Assembly (NCBI GenBank): GCA_902630355.1
Contig: CACOUL010000004.1
Coordinates: 19,879 to 83,878, forward strand
Source of the DNA: Planctomycetaceae bacterium
Lineage (GTDB): Bacteria > Planctomycetota > Planctomycetia > Pirellulales > UBA7805
Direction of reading: 5' to 3'
Length of the DNA stretch: 64,000 nt
Under the pieces are notes generated by a model that was not told the DNA's origin, searched no databases, and saw nothing but the letters and a program-made list of their open reading frames with translations. The translations under genes and the position numbers were made by a program. Shown in pieces: positions 62,834 to 64,000 of this stretch. Each line of letters starts with the position of its first letter. Positions within the stretch are counted from its first letter, which is position 1.

Positions 62834-62913
62834 CGCACGCACCTTCTCCAAACTCAAGCTGCCCTCGGTATCAGCGGCTCCCATCAGATGTGATGGGGCT
62901 GCCTCGCGCGGAA

Positions 62914-63999
62914 TTAATGTTCGTGTATTGAGAGCCTCGTCGCGGAGATCGCCATCGATTTTTCTCTGCTCTCTCCATTATTCTCGAAGGAGGCCCATCG
63001 GCATAGAGTGCCAAGAACAGTGCAGGCATCGATTAAAGAAACGCGACCATCAGTATCGATCTTTGAATCAGGATCAAACAGAGCGGACTCCAAGAGAAAA
63101 TCGATCCCCAGGGCGACCTCGGCTGAAGATGCAAAACCACTTTCGATCAGGGCGCTCAAAACGCACCCGGTGACCTCCAGCGAAACGGTCGATTCCATCT
63201 CCTCTCGACCAGCGGAAAACCTTTTTTCAATCCAGCCGCCATTTGCCTGTTGCGTGCTTCGCAGGAAGCTCACTCCCCGCTCGATCAGCGGATCCTGTAG
63301 CGCGATCCCCGCATGTCGACTCGCGGCGACGACAGACGCAGTGGTCGATACGACTCGATCTCCATGCATCGCTTGCCAGGAACCGTCCTTCCGTTGCGTG
63401 CGCCGCAGGAATCGAATCGCCGCTGCCATCTTCGGACACCCGAGATCGACACCCGCAGTGGAAAACGCTGAAATTGCATGAGCCGTCGCAAGGGGACACC
63501 CCTCCCAGTCCCCGGTTCGCTGCTGGCGCGCACGCACCGCTACCAAGTAGCGTGGGATATCACTTACCAAATGTTCAACCTCTTGCTGATGTTCAACATC
63601 TGTAGAAGAACGAGATCGTGGCGAAGCCACTTGCAGAGGTGGTGGAAAGAATTCATTCTCCCATTCCGCGCCACGCATCAGACAGGCGATACGCAAAAGG
63701 GCAGTTTGATCCGAGTGGGAGTGCGTAAGAGAAGCCTGCCGAAGCAGATGCGTCGCCCTCACCACCGGAGGCGACGTGACTGGCATACCTGAAAGAAGCA
63801 TTGCCTCGAGACAACGCGCTTGCAGAGTCACATCGACCGACGCGAGTGAATCGAGCCCGTCGAACGGATCCTTCAGTTGTTCAAATAGATTCTGTAACTG
63901 TTCCGATCGCTGCATTCCGCTCCCCGGATCTTCGCTCGCCATCGTCTGATAGCATATCGATCGCGGAGAGTTTTCAGTTGTGCACGCAACATCGACTCG
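62914..63999 (-). CDS. Squalene-hopene cyclase-like (QW-repeat) protein, degenerate; 5' end beyond the window
   Basis: QW motifs QQRTGDW, FLRRTQRKDGSW, FLRSTQQANGGW; frame open from 63999; DXDD replaced by HSDQ. Confidence 0.78.
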   Translation of the reverse strand, partial: RVDVACTTENSPRSICYQTMASEDPGSGMQRSEQLQNLFEQLKDPFDGLDSLASVDVTLQARCLEAMLLSGMPVTSPPVVRATHLLRQASLTHSHSDQTALLRIACLMRGAEWENEFFPPPLQVASPRSRSSTDVEHQQEVEHLVSDIPRYLVAVRARQQRTGDWEGCPLATAHAISAFSTAGVDLGCPKMAAAIRFLRRTQRKDGSWQAMHGDRVVSTTASVVAASRHAGIALQDPLIERGVSFLRSTQQANGGWIEKRFSAGREEMESTVSLEVTGCVLSALIESGFASSAEVALGIDFLLESALFDPDSKIDTDGRVSLIDACTVLGTLCRWASFENNGESREKSMAISATRLSIHEH

Positions 64000-64000
64000 A

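Noticed and set aside
1-64000. tRNA, rRNA, transposase, prophage or defence genes
   Set aside because: No such motifs were recognised in the ORFs or intergenic gaps; small RNAs could be missed by eye.

Overview
A gene-dense, mostly housekeeping 64-kb window from a planctomycete, probably Pirellulales. This assignment rests on a YTV-repeat protein, a PVC-type CxxCH heme protein, DUF1080, GYF_2/Zn-ribbon and Cys-rich secreted proteins, and LpxI. In order, it contains: a phosphate locus (phoR with an apparent +1 frameshift in a G7 run, pstSCAB, phoU, phoB, Na/Pi cotransporter, OprO/P-type porin flanked by two Cys-rich secreted proteins); an MFS transporter; carA; an uncharacterised cytochrome c / GYF_2 / membrane P-loop NTPase trio; an APC permease; a GT10 fucosyltransferase; the YTV protein; lnt, moeA, a trpG/pabA-type amidotransferase, nadA, cyclophilin, rsmD, cupin, larC, YyaL, panB, an SDR and a FadJ/FadB-type enzyme; an LRR + F-type lectin protein; ftsH; dxr-rseP-lpxD-lpxI; a DUF1080 + PVC-type heme protein pair; and ispH preceded by a degenerate nucleosidase and a degenerate squalene-hopene cyclase. 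I found no tRNA, rRNA, CRISPR array or transposase. The most notable observations are the apparently catalytically dead SHC/HpnG-like pair still encoded as intact ORFs next to ispH, a circularly permuted fucose-binding F-lectin, a beta-sandwich inserted into a PVC heme protein, identical -HAA tails on LpxD and LpxI, and the phoR homopolymer frameshift. All calls come from reading motifs by eye; no database searches were run.
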